Origin: a phage
Strand: one strand, 5' to 3'
Sequence record: PQ724392.1
DNA: 64,000 nucleotides
The notes under the pieces are model-generated. The model was not told the DNA's origin and ran no database searches. It was given only the letters and a program-made list of their open reading frames with translations. A program made the position numbers and the translations under genes. Positions within the stretch are counted from its first letter, which is position 1, and every line of letters starts with the position of its first letter. Shown piece after piece: positions 1-9,210 of this stretch.

Positions 1-51
1 GAAAGATTTAATACGGTGTGGATTGAACTCATATTTTTTGCCGATTTCCAT
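1..51 (-). CDS. 5' end of an unidentified early gene that runs off the left edge of the window
   Basis: ATG at 51 (minus) with GAGGAAA Shine-Dalgarno upstream and an early-promoter-like element at 90-118; only ~17 codons (MEIGKKYEFNPHRIKSF) lie inside the window. Confidence 0.3.
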   Translation of the reverse strand, partial: MEIGKKYEFNPHRIKSF

Positions 52-89
52 TTTTATTTCCTCAGTTGTTATCAGTAGTTGATGGAATC

Positions 90-118
90 ATTATGCCTTA
101 GCTCAAAGGACTTGTACA
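90..118 (-). promoter_or_regulatory. T4-type early promoter
   Basis: minus strand GTGTACA (-35, T4 GTTTAC-like) - 17 nt - CATAAT (-10), A-rich upstream; drives the gene starting at 51. Confidence 0.5.
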
Positions 119-130
119 CTACTTTTGGAA

Positions 131-156
131 AAGAAAAAAGGGACCCGAAGGTCCCC
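131..156 (-). terminator. rho-independent terminator after gene 32
   Basis: minus strand GGGACC-TTCG-GGTCCC followed by a T-run (plus-strand A-run 131-139). Confidence 0.7.
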
Positions 157-161
157 TTATA

Positions 162-1073
162 TTAAAGGCCAGCCAGAAGGTCATCAAGACCATCATCGGA
201 AGGCTCTGGAGTGCTTGGAGCAGTCGCAGTGCGTTCAGACTTAGCAGGTTTGCTGGAAGTGAAGTCTTCCATATCTTTATCGAAATCGTCCAGGTCAGCG
301 CCCAGTTTATCAGCTTGTGCAGCGGCTTTAGAAGCAGCACCACCAAGAGCAGCCGTACCCATTACTTTAGAGAATTTCTTCTGATTCTCTTCAAGGGATT
401 TAAATACCAGCAATTCGTTCAGGTCAGACATTTCGTCCCAAAGTTTTTTCTGGAATGCTTCATCATTGATACCAGCGATTTCAGACTGGTTCATGAATTT
501 GGAATCATCGTAGTTTTTATAACCGGAAACCAGTTTAGATTTCAGCACAAAGTTTGCACCTTCAAAAGGACAGGTTACATCAATAGCTGTTTCGCCCATG
601 TCAACATCGACTTCAACCATCTGGTTAATTTTGTCCATGATTTTCTTGCCGAAGCGATATTTGAATACTTGGCCTTCGTTAGACGGAACAGCAGGGTCTT
701 TAATGACCAGGATGTTAGCCCAGTAAGAAGTATTACGCTTCAGTTTACGATATTCGGATTCGTTTGTATTGTACAGGTCATTCTTATTCATGTACGCACA
801 CACAGGGCAGTTTTCGTAATCGCCGTGAGTGGAAGTACAGTTTTCAATATACCATTGACCAGCATTTTTAAAGCCGTGGTTAACGAGCTTGATGAACGGA
901 GATGGATTTTCTTCATTCTTGGAAGGCAGGAAACGAATAACCGCAGAGCCGACGCCATCAGTATCTTTCAGTTTCCATTCTTTTTTATCGTCAGAAGAGA
1001 AACCAGAACCACCTTTCAGAGCGTTAAGGGAAGCAGCCAGGTCAGCAGGGTTTTTACGTTTAAACATAGACAT
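162..1073 (-). CDS. 32: single-stranded DNA-binding protein gp32
   Basis: 303-aa ORF; N-terminus [47 protein letters not shown] zinc cluster and acidic C-terminal tail match the T4 gp32 family as I recall it; synteny 59-32; terminator follows. Confidence 0.95.
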   Translation of the reverse strand: MSMFKRKNPADLAASLNALKGGSGFSSDDKKEWKLKDTDGVGSAVIRFLPSKNEENPSPFIKLVNHGFKNAGQWYIENCTSTHGDYENCPVCAYMNKNDLYNTNESEYRKLKRNTSYWANILVIKDPAVPSNEGQVFKYRFGKKIMDKINQMVEVDVDMGETAIDVTCPFEGANFVLKSKLVSGYKNYDDSKFMNQSEIAGINDEAFQKKLWDEMSDLNELLVFKSLEENQKKFSKVMGTAALGGAASKAAAQADKLGADLDDFDKDMEDFTSSKPAKSERTATAPSTPEPSDDGLDDLLAGL

Positions 1074-1125
1074 ATGATTTTCCTTAGATTATTTGATTTT
1101 TAGCAGTTGTTTTGATTACGTATTA

Positions 1126-1149
1126 ATTATACTTCAAAGTGCTTGAAGC
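1126..1149 (-). promoter_or_regulatory. candidate MotA-dependent middle promoter for gene 32, inside the 3' end of gene 59
   Basis: minus strand CGCTTCA (Mot-box-like) - 12 nt - TATAAT. Confidence 0.4.
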
Positions 1150-1802
1150 GTTATTTGACAGTTTTTAACGGTCTCGATGAACAATTTACGAGCTTCAAGA
1201 GAATCTATATTTAAGATTTTCTTATAGGCATTTAGTTTGGTTGAATACTTTTCCCAAACCAAGTCGTTAGTCTGTTCATCATGTTTATTTATAATGCCTA
1301 AAAATGAATCAAGCAAACAAAACGTTTCAAATGAGATAACATTCGATTGGAGAAGTTTGAAAATATAACTTGTGTTTACTTTAGTATTATACTCGAAAAT
1401 CTCTTGAAGCGATTTGACTTCGACTTTCTTACTGAAGTAATAGATATTCTTTATATCATCTTCGTATACTTGTTTAATTCTTTTAAGTCTGCCAATGTAT
1501 TCTCGATAAAATATCAGAGCATCAGCATCGCTTATATCACCTATCCATGCATCCTGGTTCGCGACCAGGTTTGACATGAATATTAACGTTAATTCTTTGA
1601 GAGTGTACTTATCACTAAGCTTTTCGAAAAAATACTTATCGCGACGTTTTTGATAAGCACTATCGGAGATTCGCATGGTCCAGTTATATTTGATAATATC
1701 ATAACGACCCGAAAAATGCTGTTTGATGGATAAGTACAGTTGATATACTGATTTACCATTTATGTATCGGTTGTTATTTGGAGGCATGCGAATCGTAATC
1801 AT
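1134..1802 (-). CDS. 59: helicase loader gp59
   Basis: 222-aa ORF; GKSVYQLYLSIKQH..YNWTMR..QKRRDKYFF..ANQDAWIGDISDADALIFYREYIGRLK closely matches recalled T4 gp59; directly upstream of gene 32. Confidence 0.9.
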   Translation of the reverse strand: MITIRMPPNNNRYINGKSVYQLYLSIKQHFSGRYDIIKYNWTMRISDSAYQKRRDKYFFEKLSDKYTLKELTLIFMSNLVANQDAWIGDISDADALIFYREYIGRLKRIKQVYEDDIKNIYYFSKKVEVKSLQEIFEYNTKVNTSYIFKLLQSNVISFETFCLLDSFLGIINKHDEQTNDLVWEKYSTKLNAYKKILNIDSLEARKLFIETVKNCQITLQAL

Positions 1803-2119
1803 AACAAAAAGTCCAGCGTATTAGTTTTCTGTGTACGAGACATACTTGGGCGAAGCAGGTTATCATCATATGCTTCATTCATAATCTTATCAATGATTCC
1901 CGCAGGAATGTATCGTGCAAAATTGCCTTCAGGAATTCCACGTTCTTCCAACCAGGCGGTCGCAGCTTCCAGATAAGACATTTCAGTTGACTCAACCATG
2001 GCTTCAATATCAAGCCCATTTTGCTGCTTACTAATCGCCCCGGAAGGCGATTCAGTTTTCTGTGTATCGAAATTAACTAAAGAGGACATCGTAGAGCTCC
2101 ACAGCTTCGGTTTTTTCAT
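1799..2119 (-). CDS. 33: late transcription co-activator gp33 (start codon uncertain)
   Basis: C-terminal ...MSYLEAATAWLEE..IPE..F..IPAGIIDKI..LLRPS..TQKTNTLDFLL matches recalled T4 gp33; track ORF 1799-2185 overlaps dsbA, so an internal ATG (2119 or 2089) is the likelier start; ATGA overlap with the gene 59 start. Confidence 0.7.
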   Translation of the reverse strand: MKKPKLWSSTMSSLVNFDTQKTESPSGAISKQQNGLDIEAMVESTEMSYLEAATAWLEERGIPEGNFARYIPAGIIDKIMNEAYDDNLLRPSMSRTQKTNTLDFLL

Positions 2120-2342
2120 CTTCAAAACGTTCACGAGTGCCTTTATGATACAGACCGAGCTGTGTATTGAACATCTTACCGTCAACGCCTAATTCAGTTT
2201 TTGCCTTATCTTTAAGGTCTTTAATTTCGTCTGCATATGCTTCCATTTTTAATTTGGTATCGGAAGCAGCTTTAATCAGCTTGGCCAGTTCAGCGCCATG
2301 AGTATCAGGACAAAATTCAACTTTCACTTTTTTCTCTTTCAT
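2073..2342 (-). CDS. dsbA: dsDNA-binding protein DsbA
   Basis: 89-aa ORF; HGAELAKLIKAASDTKLK..ELGVDGKMFN..LYHK..ELYDVLFS resembles recalled T4 DsbA (89 aa); position between rnh and 33. Confidence 0.8.
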   Translation of the reverse strand: MKEKKVKVEFCPDTHGAELAKLIKAASDTKLKMEAYADEIKDLKDKAKTELGVDGKMFNTQLGLYHKGTRERFEDEKTEAVELYDVLFS

Positions 2343-2350
2343 AATATACC

Positions 2351-3295
2351 TTAATAAAATTCAGCAATATTTGCAGTTAGTTTAGACAGACCAGACTTAA
2401 CAAAGTAAGGATAAACTTTACTTTTGGCTGGGATAACGTAGTTATTATATCGTTCTAAGATTGAAGCAGATATTTCCGTTGGGATAAAGTCCATATCAAT
2501 CAACAATTGGTTTTCACAGAATCTATTATATTGCTCTTCTGTTAAAAGCGTTTTCAAAACGTCATGGTCGTAATAGTTGAGTGCAATTTGTTCAAGCTCA
2601 GCTGCGCGGGTCGGTGGAGTGCGTTCACCTTCTTCACGAGTGTAATAAAAATCACCGCGAACCTTGATGCTTGACACGTTATCTTTTTTGTCACCTTTAA
2701 CAACCTTTGTCACGCAATCCATAAGAGCATCGCCTGATTTAGTTTTGACATATTTTTTCTGCATCGGTGACCATTGTTTCACCCCAGGGAATTTATGTAA
2801 CTGGGTAAAGTCGCCATCCGAAGAAACAATCATAACCGGATGCCCGAGACCAGTGAGCAACTTCGTTAATACTGCAATATGGTCGTCAGCCTCAATTTTA
2901 TCCATATTCATCACGATGTAAGGCATATGTTTTTCCATTTCATCAATGATAATGTGCATGGCAGCATGTAGGCCTTCCCAATCAAATTGTGACTCTTCAC
3001 GAGCTTTTGCACGGTTTTTCTTATAATAATAAGATTTCGTGCGTCGCCAATAACCATTCTTCGAATTATCAACACAAATAATTGGGACTGTATAACCGAG
3101 CTTTTTAAACTGTACAATGTTTTTTCTGATAGAGTTCAGAACCAGATGTCTGGTCATTGCGGTTGTCACCTTAGGGAAGCCCGCGTCTTTACCGAATTCC
3201 TGGAAGGCTGCTGCCATGATAAGCTGGCTAAAATCGAGTAACAGAAAACCATCTTTTTGACGGTCTTCTTCAGGGAGTAAAAAATCTAAATTCAT
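2351..3295 (-). CDS. rnh: RNase H (5'-3' exonuclease, FEN family)
   Basis: 314-aa ORF; acidic-cluster motifs (VCVDNSK, EADDHIAV, SSDGDF) typical of T4 RNase H / flap endonuclease; position beside gene 34 as in T4. Confidence 0.9.
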   Translation of the reverse strand: MNLDFLLPEEDRQKDGFLLLDFSQLIMAAAFQEFGKDAGFPKVTTAMTRHLVLNSIRKNIVQFKKLGYTVPIICVDNSKNGYWRRTKSYYYKKNRAKAREESQFDWEGLHAAMHIIIDEMEKHMPYIVMNMDKIEADDHIAVLTKLLTGLGHPVMIVSSDGDFTQLHKFPGVKQWSPMQKKYVKTKSGDALMDCVTKVVKGDKKDNVSSIKVRGDFYYTREEGERTPPTRAAELEQIALNYYDHDVLKTLLTEEQYNRFCENQLLIDMDFIPTEISASILERYNNYVIPAKSKVYPYFVKSGLSKLTANIAEFY

Positions 3296-3323
3296 ATGAA
3301 CCTCTGTTCAATTAGTTGACTCG

Positions 3324-3351
3324 ATTATATTAGCATAAAAATTTTAAAGCA
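3324..3351 (-). promoter_or_regulatory. candidate middle promoter for rnh
   Basis: minus strand TTGCTTTA (Mot box) - 12 nt - TAATAT(AAT); overlaps the late promoter of gene 34 on the other strand. Confidence 0.4.
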
Positions 3352-3352
3352 A

Positions 3353-3360
3353 TATAAATA
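3353..3360 (+). promoter_or_regulatory. late promoter (TATAAATA) for genes 34-35
   Basis: exact TATAAATA ~30 nt upstream of the gene 34 ATG. Confidence 0.65.
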
Positions 3361-3391
3361 CACATATACCAAATCAATAAGGATAAAGCAC

Positions 3392-6300
3392 ATGGCCGAT
3401 ATTTTAAAACCAGCATTCAGAGCAACATCCGGTCTCGATGCTGCTGGTGAGAAAGTCATTAATGTCGCAAAAGCTGATTACTCAGTTTTATCAGACGGCG
3501 TTAACGTAGGTTTCTTTATAGAAGAAAACACAGTTCAACAATATGATGCAACACGCGGATACAAAAAGAACTTTGCAGTTATTAATGATAACCGTATTTG
3601 GGTTGCTCAACGTGATATTCCGGCACCAGCTGGAGCATTTACCCCTCAGTATTGGTTAGCAACTCGTACTGACCCTAAATGGGAAACTGTTGCATCTCCA
3701 ACTCGTCAGCTTAGCTCCGGGGAATTTATCGCAGTCGACTCAGCTGCAAGCTTTACCACATTTACCTTACCTCCGAACCCGACTGATGGTGATACCATCG
3801 TTATTAAAGATATCGGCGGTAATACCGGTTATAATGAAATTAAAATCCAGTCAAGCAACGTGCCTGGTCAAGGTAACCAAAAGATTGTTCGCTTTGGTAA
3901 TCAGTATTCAGAAGTTTTAATTACCAAACCATTCTCTTATAACATGCTTATCTTTTCAAACCGCTTATGGCAATTTTGGGAAGCAGGTAACGAAGAACGT
4001 GGTATCAGAGTAGAACCGTCGACCGGACGTTTCCATGCACAAGCTGGCGACTTTATTATGCGTCGTTATACAACTGGTGCACCGATTACTTTCATTCTTC
4101 CTAAGTATGCAAACCAGGGTGATATTGTCAAATCTGTTGATATCGATGGCATGGGGCCAACGTTCCACCTGATGGTTGAAACCTTTGACACCAGTTCCAG
4201 TCTTGGGAAAGCTGGCCAGCATCAAATGGAATTCCGTACCACAGGTGATGGTTTCTTCGTTTATAATGCTACCGAAAAACTCTGGTATGTTTGGGACGGT
4301 GATTTTAAAACTCGTCTTCGCGTTATTCGCGACAGCGTTAAACTTTTACCAAACGAAAGTGTCATTGTATTTGGCGAAGATAACTCAACTCCGGCAACGA
4401 TTAATATCGATTTGCCAACTAATGTTTTGCAAGGCGATATTGTTAAGATTGCGCTGAACTATCTCCGTAAATCGCAGACTGTTAATATAAGAGCTGCTGT
4501 TGGCGATAAGATTGCAACTGACATTAAATTGCTGCAATTCCCTAAACGTTCCGAGTATCCACCAGATACAACTTGGGTGATGGTTGATTCATTGACCTTT
4601 AATGGCAACATCAGTTATACTCCGGTTATTGAATTATCATATGCAGAAGATGCAGTGTCTGGAACAAGTTATTGGGTTGTCGCTCAGAACGTCCCGACTG
4701 TCGAACGAGTTGACTCATTAAATGATTCCACGCGTACACGTCTTGGTGTTATTGCTCTGGCAAACCAGACTCAGGCAAACGTTGACCATGAAAATAACCC
4801 AGAAAAAGAACTCGCAATTACCCCTCAGACTTTAGCCAACCGTGTTGCTAAAGAGAACCAACGAGGCATTGCCAGAATCGCAACGACTGCCCAAGTAAAT
4901 CAGAACAGTGATTTTGCATTTGTTGATGATGTAATTATTTCTCCGAAAAAACTCAATGAACGTACGGCAACAGAAACGAGACGTGGACTCGCAGAACTCG
5001 CCACACAGCAAGAAACCAATGCGGGTGTAGATGATACCACAATTATAACTCCAAAGAAACTGCAAGCTCGCCAGGGCTCAGAATCGCTATCTGGTATTGT
5101 AACTTACGTTTCAACGACTGGTGCAACTCCTGCTGCTTCGCGTGAATTAAATGGTACAAACGTTTATAATAAAAATACGGTTAATCTGGTTGTTTCTCCG
5201 AAAGCTCTTGACCAGTACAAAGCTACTTACACTCAGCAAGGCGCGGTTATTCTTGCGGTTGAAAGTGAAGTAATCGCTGGTACTTCACAATCTGGCTGGG
5301 CAAACGCAGTCGTTACTCCAGAAATGTTGCATCGCAAAACTGCTCTTGATTCCCGTATCGGTTTAATCGAGATTGCTACTCAGGTTGAAACAGATGCAGG
5401 AACCGATTATACCAGAGCTGTGACTCCTAAAACGTTAAATGACCGTAAAGCATCAGAAACGTTAACCGGCATAGCCGAGATTGCTACGCAATCAGAATTT
5501 GATACTGGAACTGATGATACTCGTATCTCAACTCCATTAAAAATTAAAAATAGATTTAATAATACTGCTCGTACTTCTGTTAATGCATTAAGTGGTTTAG
5601 TAGAAACAGGGACGCTCTGGGACCATTATAGCCTGAATATTCTTGAAGCAAATGAGACTCAACGTGGCACAGCAAGATTAGCAACTCAGGGTGAAGTCAA
5701 TACTGGCACTGACGATAAAACAATCGTTACTCCGCTTAAATTGATGTCGAAAAAAGCCACTGAAAACGCCGAAGGTATTGTTCGCATTGCGACAAACGCA
5801 GAAGCAACAGCAGGCACATCAAAAGTCTTGGCCATTAGTCCGTCTGCGCTGAAATATATTGTCCAAACAGAAACAACTTGGGAAGCATCTGAAACACTGC
5901 GTGGATTTGTTCGTTTATCTTCCGGTGCAGCTACTTCGGCCGCAACTACAACGACGGGCGCGGGATTTACATATGCAAATGGTGTGTATACCCCGGACCC
6001 AAGTAAACTGGTTAGCTATGCGAAATCTGGATATGCAGTTTCGCCTTACGAATTAAACCGCGTATTGCAAAACTTCTTACCAATAAATGCGATGGCTGTT
6101 AATGCTGAAAAACTGGATAACCTCGATTCAACCCAGTTTATTCGTCGTGATATTGCTCAGACTGTTGAAGGTGTATTAACCCTTACTAAGCAGACAAATA
6201 TCTCTGCTCCGGTTGTATCGACGAGCACTGCGGTGTTTACTGATGTAACGGCTGGTACTTCGACGTTCGGAACTGTGAATGTTGTTAATGGAACTAACAA

Positions 6301-7348
6301 GTGGAAAATCACTGCTCCTTCCACCGGAACGACAATGACTATTGGTGATACGACTAACGTATTGACATTAAACACCGCCTCGGGTAATGCTGCTGTATTG
6401 AACAACCTCAGCGCCGGAAACGATGTTCAAGCCAAAAATAATTACGTTCTAAATGGTCGTACTATTGCAACTACAACGGGCGAAGCTTCTGGTGCAACTT
6501 TGTCTCTGGGTGATAACTCACAGAATTTAGTGCTCAAAACTCTTGATGCTGGCAATATCATAGCAAATGGTGGCGGTGCATTTAAAGTTCTGACCGAGAA
6601 AAACGCAGTAGAAATTGTTGATAGAAACTTTGTTAACCAGGCTGGTGATACAATGTCTGGTGTACTCCGTGTAAATGCTCCGGTCCGTGTATTTGGTACA
6701 AAACCGAGTCTTATTGCACAAGCTCCGACTGCTGATACTGTTGGCTTCTGGTCTGTCGATATCAATGATGAACCGACTTATAGCCAGTTCCCTGGTTATT
6801 GGACAATGAAGTTAAAACGTCAGGTAAACATTGATACGGTTCAAACTAAACCTGCTGGGGTAACTGATGAAGTTTGGAATGCTTCTGGTTGGTTAACTGA
6901 AAACGGAACTTTTGCCTCGCCCGCTATTCGTTATCGTACTGATGATGGTACACTCGGTGATGAAGTATTAGGTAGCTCCGGACAGAAACTGCGCGGAACC
7001 TGGTTTGACTATTCAGTTCGCGACAAACAAATTAAATATCCTGGTACATTGACTCAGTTTGGTAATACGCTGGATTCGTGCTATCAAGATTGGGTTTGTT
7101 ACCCAACTGAATTGAACGGTGGTACTATTCGTTATACTCGTACGTGGCAGAAAAATAAATCTGCATGGACGACTTTCGCAATGGTTTACACCGCGGATAA
7201 CCCTCCGTCTGCAGAGGATGTTGGCGCATTACCGGCTGACAACACAACGATGGGGAACTTAACCATTCTTGATTGGTTGCGTATCGGTAACGTGCGTATC
7301 ATCCCAGACCCGACCACTAAATCCGTTAAGTTTGAATGGATTGAATAA
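3392..7348 (+). CDS. 34: long tail fibre proximal subunit gp34
   Basis: 1318-aa ORF on plus strand, first gene of the 34-38 fibre operon; internal ~30-aa repeats (ATQ.E.N.GTDDT.I.TPK.L) typical of T-even fibre shafts; late promoter TATAAATA upstream. Confidence 0.9.
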   Translation: MADILKPAFRATSGLDAAGEKVINVAKADYSVLSDGVNVGFFIEENTVQQYDATRGYKKNFAVINDNRIWVAQRDIPAPAGAFTPQYWLATRTDPKWETVASPTRQLSSGEFIAVDSAASFTTFTLPPNPTDGDTIVIKDIGGNTGYNEIKIQSSNVPGQGNQKIVRFGNQYSEVLITKPFSYNMLIFSNRLWQFWEAGNEERGIRVEPSTGRFHAQAGDFIMRRYTTGAPITFILPKYANQGDIVKSVDIDGMGPTFHLMVETFDTSSSLGKAGQHQMEFRTTGDGFFVYNATEKLWYVWDGDFKTRLRVIRDSVKLLPNESVIVFGEDNSTPATINIDLPTNVLQGDIVKIALNYLRKSQTVNIRAAVGDKIATDIKLLQFPKRSEYPPDTTWVMVDSLTFNGNISYTPVIELSYAEDAVSGTSYWVVAQNVPTVERVDSLNDSTRTRLGVIALANQTQANVDHENNPEKELAITPQTLANRVAKENQRGIARIATTAQVNQNSDFAFVDDVIISPKKLNERTATETRRGLAELATQQETNAGVDDTTIITPKKLQARQGSESLSGIVTYVSTTGATPAASRELNGTNVYNKNTVNLVVSPKALDQYKATYTQQGAVILAVESEVIAGTSQSGWANAVVTPEMLHRKTALDSRIGLIEIATQVETDAGTDYTRAVTPKTLNDRKASETLTGIAEIATQSEFDTGTDDTRISTPLKIKNRFNNTARTSVNALSGLVETGTLWDHYSLNILEANETQRGTARLATQGEVNTGTDDKTIVTPLKLMSKKATENAEGIVRIATNAEATAGTSKVLAISPSALKYIVQTETTWEASETLRGFVRLSSGAATSAATTTTGAGFTYANGVYTPDPSKLVSYAKSGYAVSPYELNRVLQNFLPINAMAVNAEKLDNLDSTQFIRRDIAQTVEGVLTLTKQTNISAPVVSTSTAVFTDVTAGTSTFGTVNVVNGTNKWKITAPSTGTTMTIGDTTNVLTLNTASGNAAVLNNLSAGNDVQAKNNYVLNGRTIATTTGEASGATLSLGDNSQNLVLKTLDAGNIIANGGGAFKVLTEKNAVEIVDRNFVNQAGDTMSGVLRVNAPVRVFGTKPSLIAQAPTADTVGFWSVDINDEPTYSQFPGYWTMKLKRQVNIDTVQTKPAGVTDEVWNASGWLTENGTFASPAIRYRTDDGTLGDEVLGSSGQKLRGTWFDYSVRDKQIKYPGTLTQFGNTLDSCYQDWVCYPTELNGGTIRYTRTWQKNKSAWTTFAMVYTADNPPSAEDVGALPADNTTMGNLTILDWLRIGNVRIIPDPTTKSVKFEWIE
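4810..5930 (+). repeat. coding repeats within gp34 (about nine degenerate ~30-aa units)
   Basis: recurring peptide pattern G.A..ATQ.E.NAGTDDT.I.TPKKL in the translated ORF; boundaries approximate. Confidence 0.5.
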
Positions 7349-7356
7349 GAGGTAAT

Positions 7357-8487
7357 ATGGAAAAATTTATGGCAGAGTTTGGACAAGGATACGTCCAAAC
7401 GCCAGTTATATCAGAAAATAATGCCGTTAAATTTAAAATGAGTATAGCAGGGAGCTGTACTCTTTCCACGGTGAAATCGTATATCAAATTTCAGGATGAA
7501 CGAATTGGACCAACTACTTTTGGCAATGGTCTGACTCTATTGGAAATTGATACAACTACGAATAAAATTGTTAACACGAAAAACTATTCATTAACTAGCA
7601 CACATGATGCAATCAGTCAGGCATTAATCACCTTTGTGGAATCTGTTCCAGCCGGAAGATTGATTGCTTTTATTTCTTCAGGGAAACTAAACGCATCACA
7701 GACATTAATTGATTGGTTCCGTAAATGTGGTTCAAGAGCATTCCCAGATAAATGGCTGATTGATAAAGTTGATACATCGTACTCGGCTTTTTACATAACC
7801 GGCCGGAATGTAATTGTTTCGGAGCATGTTAAGTATAATGACGGGAAGTTAGTTGAGGATGTTTCGACTCCGCTTGAAGTCATTTATGATACCTTTAGTG
7901 ATATAGGAGCAACAGGCTATCCTGTACGCATAACGGAAGACGAGAGCACGTATTCATCAACAGGTGATGGAACATCAACCACAATTAAAAGGTTCCCCAC
8001 AGAGGACCTGGTGACCCCTATGAGCACCTATAACCTTTTACCTTTGGATGTGCTTTACTTGAAGTTTCAGATGTCATTTGACGCAGCACTGAAAGCCGCC
8101 GGAACTGTAAGGACCTCGGTTCGATTCTTTAAAAGCCCCAGCACTTCGCCGATATCAAATACAAACATCGATATTGCAGCAAACGTTCCAGCCGGAGCGT
8201 GGGCGAGTTTCGAAAGATATGTCGAGATTCCAGCAGGAGCTGATGGCTTTACGGTAGTAACATCAAGAACTGTAGCTACTGGAACAGGGTCAATACGTAA
8301 TATTGTTATTGGTGAGATAACCAGAGGCGACTCGGCATTCAAACCAGCTGAATTTGGTGTCAATGGCATAAGGATGTCATATGCAAACGATGCAACAAAT
8401 ACAGGCAATACAATTGTAACATTCCCGGATGCGCAAGCTCCGAGAGCCGGCAAGATATATGCAGCCGAACTACGAGAAAAACAATAG
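7357..8487 (+). CDS. 35: long tail fibre hinge (knee) protein gp35
   Basis: 376-aa ORF beginning MEKFMAEFGQGYVQTP as in recalled T4 gp35; position 34-35-36. Confidence 0.9.
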   Translation: MEKFMAEFGQGYVQTPVISENNAVKFKMSIAGSCTLSTVKSYIKFQDERIGPTTFGNGLTLLEIDTTTNKIVNTKNYSLTSTHDAISQALITFVESVPAGRLIAFISSGKLNASQTLIDWFRKCGSRAFPDKWLIDKVDTSYSAFYITGRNVIVSEHVKYNDGKLVEDVSTPLEVIYDTFSDIGATGYPVRITEDESTYSSTGDGTSTTIKRFPTEDLVTPMSTYNLLPLDVLYLKFQMSFDAALKAAGTVRTSVRFFKSPSTSPISNTNIDIAANVPAGAWASFERYVEIPAGADGFTVVTSRTVATGTGSIRNIVIGEITRGDSAFKPAEFGVNGIRMSYANDATNTGNTIVTFPDAQAPRAGKIYAAELREKQ

Positions 8488-8509
8488 GACTCTTCGGAGT
8501 CCTTTTTTC
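8487..8509 (+). terminator. rho-independent terminator after gene 35
   Basis: GGACTC-TTCG-GAGTCC followed by TTTTTT. Confidence 0.7.
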
Positions 8510-8511
8510 GT

Positions 8512-8519
8512 TATAAATA
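8512..8519 (+). promoter_or_regulatory. late promoter (TATAAATA) for genes 36-37-38
   Basis: exact TATAAATA ~35 nt upstream of the gene 36 ATG, right after the terminator. Confidence 0.65.
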
Positions 8520-8554
8520 CAAAATATCATATGCCGGTTGAAGAGGACTTATAA

Positions 8555-9202
8555 ATGGCAGATTTAAAACTAGGCTCAACAGCCGGGGGTTCGGTCCTCT
8601 GGCACCAGGGTAATTTCCCATTAACACCAGTCAGTAATGACTTATATTTCAAAACTTATAAAATTTATTCCGAATATAACAAGCCACAAGCAGTCGATAA
8701 CGATTTTGTTTCTAAAGCTCTTGGTGGTAATTATAAAGCAAATGTATATTTCGAACAGGGCCTGACATTTAACGATTCAAATGGTTACGGGATTAAGTTG
8801 GGAGCGAGAACGGGCGGTGCTCCATTTACCGCATCTTTCCGTATTAAAGGACCATTTGGATTTGAAACTGAAACAGCAACCCCATTTGTTATTTTTGACC
8901 CTGACACTACGCCAGGAGCAAAACGTCTCATTGTTATGGGTGATACGTTAGCTCGTCAAGTTTATGATGAAACAGGTCGTGTATTTTCTCCAGGGAATAC
9001 TCCGTCAAAAGCTCAAGTTGGTCTTGGTAATGTAACTAACCAGCAACAGGTAGAACTAAATAATAGTACATTGCAAACAATGACAGGTAACTTGTCGGCA
9101 CCTAATTTCTTCTCTAGGAACCCAGCATCAGACCCGGCCCATGTGCCTCGTTTTGACCAAATCGTTCTTAAAGACTCCGTACAAGATTTTGGATATTATT
9201 AA
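8555..9202 (+). CDS. 36: long tail fibre distal connector gp36
   Basis: 215-aa ORF; MADLKLGST.GGSV.WHQGNFPL.. and C-terminal ..APNFFS.NPAS.P.HVPRFDQIV.KDSVQDFGYY match recalled T4 gp36. Confidence 0.85.
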   Translation: MADLKLGSTAGGSVLWHQGNFPLTPVSNDLYFKTYKIYSEYNKPQAVDNDFVSKALGGNYKANVYFEQGLTFNDSNGYGIKLGARTGGAPFTASFRIKGPFGFETETATPFVIFDPDTTPGAKRLIVMGDTLARQVYDETGRVFSPGNTPSKAQVGLGNVTNQQQVELNNSTLQTMTGNLSAPNFFSRNPASDPAHVPRFDQIVLKDSVQDFGYY

Positions 9203-9210
9203 GAGGCATT

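Noticed and set aside
315-1103. 262-aa plus-strand ORF
   Set aside because: Lies entirely antisense to gene 32, whose product is clearly recognisable; low-complexity translation; no start context.
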